From NCBI GenBank assembly GCA_963663965.2, contig CAXXFK010000015.1:192001-256000 (forward strand): 64,000 nt of DNA, written 5' to 3'. This DNA comes from Sedimentisphaerales bacterium (lineage in GTDB: Bacteria; Planctomycetota; Phycisphaerae; Sedimentisphaerales; SM23-30). Position 1 is the first letter of the stretch; every line of letters starts with the position of its first letter. The notes beneath the pieces were generated by a model, which made no database searches, was not told the DNA's origin, and was given only the letters and a program-made list of their open reading frames with translations. Made by a program: the position numbers and the translations under genes. Shown here in pieces: positions 60,430 through 64,000 of this stretch.

Positions 60430-62125
60430 CCCACACCCCCGAGTCTGCCGAAGCTTGCCAGTAGGAAGCGTTGTCAACCCCACAATCAAGACGAACAGAC
60501 ATTTTGTATGATCTAAAGCCCGTTTTTCGTAACATGCGAGTGACATCTGAGCGATTCGCAGAGTGGTTCCCAAAAAAGTTGTGAATAAATTTGAGAAAGC
60601 TTGAATAGTGGATATAAATTGTACCGTTGTGAATAAACGGCTCTCTCTGTTTAAAATAATCGTGCCAGTCATTGCCATTGTAAACAGGCTTTTGGATCAG
60701 AAATGTCCTGATATAGTCAACTGCTATGTTATACTCTAGACTGTCATTGTCTTCGATTTCCTCTGCGATAGAGAGCAGGAGGCCAACACATTTTTTCCAT
60801 TGGGCCGGTTTCATGGCCGGGACCGGATCGGCAAGCATAGCGTCCATGATCTTTGTCCGAAAAACATTGGCCTGCACCATTGAGGTCGAGTTCCCGATTG
60901 TGACTTCTACCTCCTGCCCATCCAACTCAAGGACCACCGAGTATTGAGTCTTCTCCCGCCCCTGACATAATACTTTGACCAATGGAATCTTGAGGACATT
61001 ACGAAGCATCTCAAGCTTCTGCTCTTTGGTCTGGTCTTTGAGCGTTTCAGAGTGATCAGGTTTTGGGATACCAATTTTTGTCCGCTGTTTGTCTGTGAAC
61101 AGATCGGGCCCCATTACTGACCCAAGCTTTGCTTTGTGGATCGTCCGGGCAATGTAGTCGTCCCGATCAGTAACTTTAGATAAGTCATGCCCATGCTTTT
61201 TTCGGAAAGCATAAATCAGCCCGGCAATCTCAGAGTCAGGCCAGTCTAATTGAACCAAGATGTTACAGAGGGCCATATCGTAGGAAGAAGGCGATTGATC
61301 AGGCATATCCAGCCGCTTTTTGTCCCAAGTGCGAGCAAACGACTCGACATTCTCTTTGAGTAACATGAATTTATCGGGGTCAAACTGACCAACTTCGCAA
61401 GGGGTCAGTTCCACAGGCTGAGAAGAGCTTTCATTGCCTCCTGTAGCTGTTGTTTTAGTTATCTTGAATAGATCATTCAAGGCATACCGGGGCACGTCCC
61501 GGCCTTCCCAGTTGTGAGGGTAATAAATTTTGACCTGTTTTGGATTGTCAGTGTCTTTATTGTTATAAGTCCCAGGAACTCTCAATACTCTGGCAAAATC
61601 GTGTGTGGTGTCGAGATCATAGCCCGAGGCCCGGAATACCGCCCTGAGCTTAGCCTGCCAACTCTTGACGGCGTTCATACCAACGGCCCTGTCGTCGTCA
61701 TCCGTGAATATCCAAGGCTCTTCTAATAGCCAGTAGGCGTGCCATCCGTTGCCCGAGTCAACAACGATTGAGGGCATGAATGGGAATTTCTTGATCAGTT
61801 CAACCGCTGTCTTTTCGTCGGGCGGGACGTTTTTCTTATGATTTGGCCCGAAGTCTATATCGGCCCACAGACACGTTATTCCCGCTACTTCTGTTGACTT
61901 GGCTCTGGTAGTTGGCGCTAGAGGTTCTGTGGTCAGACCAAGGCCAAAGTAGAGGTCCACATCAGATTTGTACTTTGTTACGTCAACTTCCTGACCGGCC
62001 TGAAAACTGTGTGAGTGCTTCGGTGGATTGGCCCAGAGATAATAATAAAGGTTCTCTGGGACACCCTTAAATATCTGACTGAGGAACTGGTTCGCTAATT
62101 GGTTGTCTGGTGATATGATTTTCAT
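60419..62125 (-). CDS. AEP-family primase/primase-polymerase (RepB'-like)
   Basis: LWADID, DSGNGWHAYW, DFARVLRVPGTYN. Confidence 0.8.
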   Translation of the reverse strand: MKIISPDNQLANQFLSQIFKGVPENLYYYLWANPPKHSHSFQAGQEVDVTKYKSDVDLYFGLGLTTEPLAPTTRAKSTEVAGITCLWADIDFGPNHKKNVPPDEKTAVELIKKFPFMPSIVVDSGNGWHAYWLLEEPWIFTDDDDRAVGMNAVKSWQAKLRAVFRASGYDLDTTHDFARVLRVPGTYNNKDTDNPKQVKIYYPHNWEGRDVPRYALNDLFKITKTTATGGNESSSQPVELTPCEVGQFDPDKFMLLKENVESFARTWDKKRLDMPDQSPSSYDMALCNILVQLDWPDSEIAGLIYAFRKKHGHDLSKVTDRDDYIARTIHKAKLGSVMGPDLFTDKQRTKIGIPKPDHSETLKDQTKEQKLEMLRNVLKIPLVKVLCQGREKTQYSVVLELDGQEVEVTIGNSTSMVQANVFRTKIMDAMLADPVPAMKPAQWKKCVGLLLSIAEEIEDNDSLEYNIAVDYIRTFLIQKPVYNGNDWHDYFKQREPFIHNGTIYIHYSSFLKFIHNFFGNHSANRSDVTRMLRKTGFRSYKMSVRLDCGVDNASYWQASADSGVWDGI

Positions 62126-62321
62126 TTCGTTGCCACTCCATGGCTGTGCCGAGTCCTAGACATACCGGGCATTGTTGCCGGGCCGGGTCGCCCCCCAGAA
62201 ATGTCATTACCTCGTCACTGCTGTCCATATTGTTCAAAGTCCCCCGGCCTGAGCAGACGGGGCACTGAATTTTTACAAGGTCAACGCCTTGTTTTTTTAG
62301 TCTTGGATCGATTTTGAGCAT
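62067..62321 (-). CDS. Small DnaJ-type zinc-finger protein
   Basis: CPVCSGRG and CPVCLGLG. Confidence 0.6.
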   Translation of the reverse strand: MLKIDPRLKKQGVDLVKIQCPVCSGRGTLNNMDSSDEVMTFLGGDPARQQCPVCLGLGTAMEWQRNENHITRQPISEPVPQSDI

Positions 62322-62386
62322 AATTTCAATAAGCTGTGTGGGGCACTAAACAATCCCCACACAACCAACAACGTAATTAGGAGATA

Positions 62387-63124
62387 TTATTCAGAGGGAG
62401 AGGGAGTGGCGGCCTTCATACCGAGGGCCACAGACATTTGGTCAAAGAATTCTTTCGAGCCATCTTCAAGGACAGCTTGGATGTTCGGATTGACCACAGA
62501 ATACTTGATACCGTCTTTGTTTTGCTCAGTGACCAGAGTGAACGAGGTTAGGACGTGACTGAATTTCAGTCGTCTCATGGTCAACCGCATGGCGTATTTT
62601 TTCCATGCGCCGAGAGAGGTTGGGGGCAATGTAATCACGATGGGGAGACAGTCTTCTTTACGATAGACCATCAAAGCCTTCATTTGTTTACAGGCTTGTC
62701 CCCGGCCAGCCCCGCCCTTGTCCGATCCGAACTGGGCAAGTTGACATTCGGCACAACAGCCGCCCGGTGATCCGTGGCCAAATACGCCATCTTCTGATGA
62801 GCAGGCAGGAGGCTCTCCACCCGTTTCTTCAAAGGGCCGTTCCCAGTAACCCCGGCCATTTCGTTGAGCAATGACCACACCCGTGATCTCTTTAACGGAA
62901 TCTTCAGAACCGTCAGGCATAATCACTTCCCACGATTTACCACCGCCAGCAGGAACAGAGATTCGCTCCAAGTCCCGGACAGTAAGTTTATCGGCTCCGA
63001 GGTTGTCAGCGATAAGCTCCCGGAGTTGAGTTATATCGCCCCCGGCAAACTGGGTAATAGCGAAGTCGTTGTGACTGATTACCGCCAAGGCGGTCGATGC
63101 AGGCTCATCTTTTTTGGCTGTCAT
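62387..63124 (-). CDS. Putative ssDNA-binding/annealing protein
   Basis: YW..P.CSS.DG, C..C...FGS, ACK, LPPTSL; replication module. Confidence 0.5.
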   Translation of the reverse strand: MTAKKDEPASTALAVISHNDFAITQFAGGDITQLRELIADNLGADKLTVRDLERISVPAGGGKSWEVIMPDGSEDSVKEITGVVIAQRNGRGYWERPFEETGGEPPACSSEDGVFGHGSPGGCCAECQLAQFGSDKGGAGRGQACKQMKALMVYRKEDCLPIVITLPPTSLGAWKKYAMRLTMRRLKFSHVLTSFTLVTEQNKDGIKYSVVNPNIQAVLEDGSKEFFDQMSVALGMKAATPSPSE

Positions 63125-63150
63125 AGATTTTACTCCTGAAAAAAGTGGTG

Positions 63151-63549
63151 TTATTTTTTAACTTTGACCTTAATGGTCTCAGATACTTTTACGAGTGCTT
63201 TCAGTTCGTCAGGCAGGTCCGGGAGACCCTGTTCGTCGGGCGGGTATTCCCGCACCATGGCCGAGAGCCGCTGGCTGGCAATGCTGGTTGTGATCAGATC
63301 GTCAAAGCCGTTCTCCCTGAGATATTCACAGAGAGGCTCCTGACCCTGACTGGGCGATGCCCAGATTTGCCGGTTGAGATAAATGGTCCGGTCATCGACT
63401 TTGATGTTCTGAATACCAGCCTCAATCATTTGGTCCTGAATATAGGGCTCAAGCTCAGACATCTCATACTTAATAGCGTCGATGTTTGCGTCAATCTCGG
63501 CTTTTTGTTTAACGAGCTCGACGTACCGTTTGAATTTGGTCATGTCCAT
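63151..63549 (-). CDS. Conserved phage replication-module protein
   Basis: Coiled N-terminus; between helicase and SSB-like gene. Confidence 0.55.
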   Translation of the reverse strand: MDMTKFKRYVELVKQKAEIDANIDAIKYEMSELEPYIQDQMIEAGIQNIKVDDRTIYLNRQIWASPSQGQEPLCEYLRENGFDDLITTSIASQRLSAMVREYPPDEQGLPDLPDELKALVKVSETIKVKVKK

Positions 63550-64000
63550 TAGTCACCTTCTTTCTTTTTATACATTTCTAGTACCGATTCAACGATCTTC
63601 TTTTTGGACATAAGAGATCGATATACTTTTGCGTCCACTGTGCCTTGTGCTATTAAATGCAGGAAGGTCACAGACTTGTTTTGTCCCGGTCGATGTAATC
63701 TGGCCCGTGATTGTTCGTATTCACCCAGACTCCATCCTGTGGAGTAATACACGCAATAACAAGCACGGGTGAGGTCGATACCGACCCCACCGGCTTGTAT
63801 CTGAACAGCCAGCACATCGCCCGGTTTTGCTGAGTTTTGCCAACGGTCTAATTCGTTAATTGTCCCCGATAGTTCCATACAGGTCCGTCCTGACTGGCAG
63901 GCCGCTTGGGCAGTGACAGACAGATCATTTCTGAAGCGACAGAAAACAACGATTGGCTCACTGCTGTCAATCGATTCAAAAATGTCTAAGAGTTCCCGAT
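63549..64000 (-). CDS. SNF2/SF2 helicase, C-terminal part (truncated by window)
   Basis: AGGVGIDLT, YEQSRARLHRPGQ, GTVD. Confidence 0.85.
   Translation of the reverse strand, partial: RELLDIFESIDSSEPIVVFCRFRNDLSVTAQAACQSGRTCMELSGTINELDRWQNSAKPGDVLAVQIQAGGVGIDLTRACYCVYYSTGWSLGEYEQSRARLHRPGQNKSVTFLHLIAQGTVDAKVYRSLMSKKKIVESVLEMYKKKEGD

Larger units (their letters stand above)
23036..64000 (-). mobile_element. Prophage (siphovirus-like; lambda-type terminase/portal), continuing beyond the window
   Basis: tRNA-fragment att, co-oriented head, tail and replication genes. Confidence 0.93.

Noticed and set aside
60430..60678. N-terminal extension of the UvrD ORF
   Set aside because: Overlaps the primase C-terminus; ATG 60429 precedes Walker A at a normal distance
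23036..64000. Stop-codon reassignment in the prophage
   Set aside because: Long core genes are intact in code 11; breaks are frameshifts, not in-frame stops

Overview
The window has two parts. Bases 1-22,990 are host chromosome, most likely a planctomycete (Phycisphaerae-like; inferred from protein styles, not proven). They hold the end of a 2-oxoacid dehydrogenase operon (fused E1, E2), a multi-PAS/PocR-like histidine kinase with a response regulator, a PEP-CTERM protein, a PilZ protein, etfB-etfA-acyl-CoA dehydrogenase, an amidohydrolase, an NSS transporter, and a GH28-SGNH fusion gene split by a 1,828-bp IS with a 6-bp duplication. Two related palindromic MITE-like elements also lie here. 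From about 23,036 to beyond the window end is a siphovirus-like prophage whose left att is the 3' half of tRNA-Gly(CCC); all convincing phage genes are on the minus strand. It encodes tail, head (lambda-type portal and gpA terminase, protease-capsid fusion), a ParB/GT-A glycosyltransferase/RarA-C block and primase/helicase replication genes. The best candidate for an undescribed system is a prophage regulon. Five near-identical sigma70-like promoters plus two related ones share a 14-bp palindrome (TCTAAAATTTTAGA) at fixed spacing or within the spacer. They drive small-ORF cassettes ending in a Zn-finger-HTH gene (acr/aca-like layout), an AAA+/partner pair, and the terminase genes. Other notable signals are a lambda cosQ-like motif beside a ~53-bp inverted-repeat/iteron locus, a long dual-coding -1 frameshift in the tail chaperone, and a signal-peptide-bearing beta-helix protein inside the virion operon. 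Many single-base frameshifts at homopolymers suggest assembly errors. All family names come from motif recognition only, without database searches.
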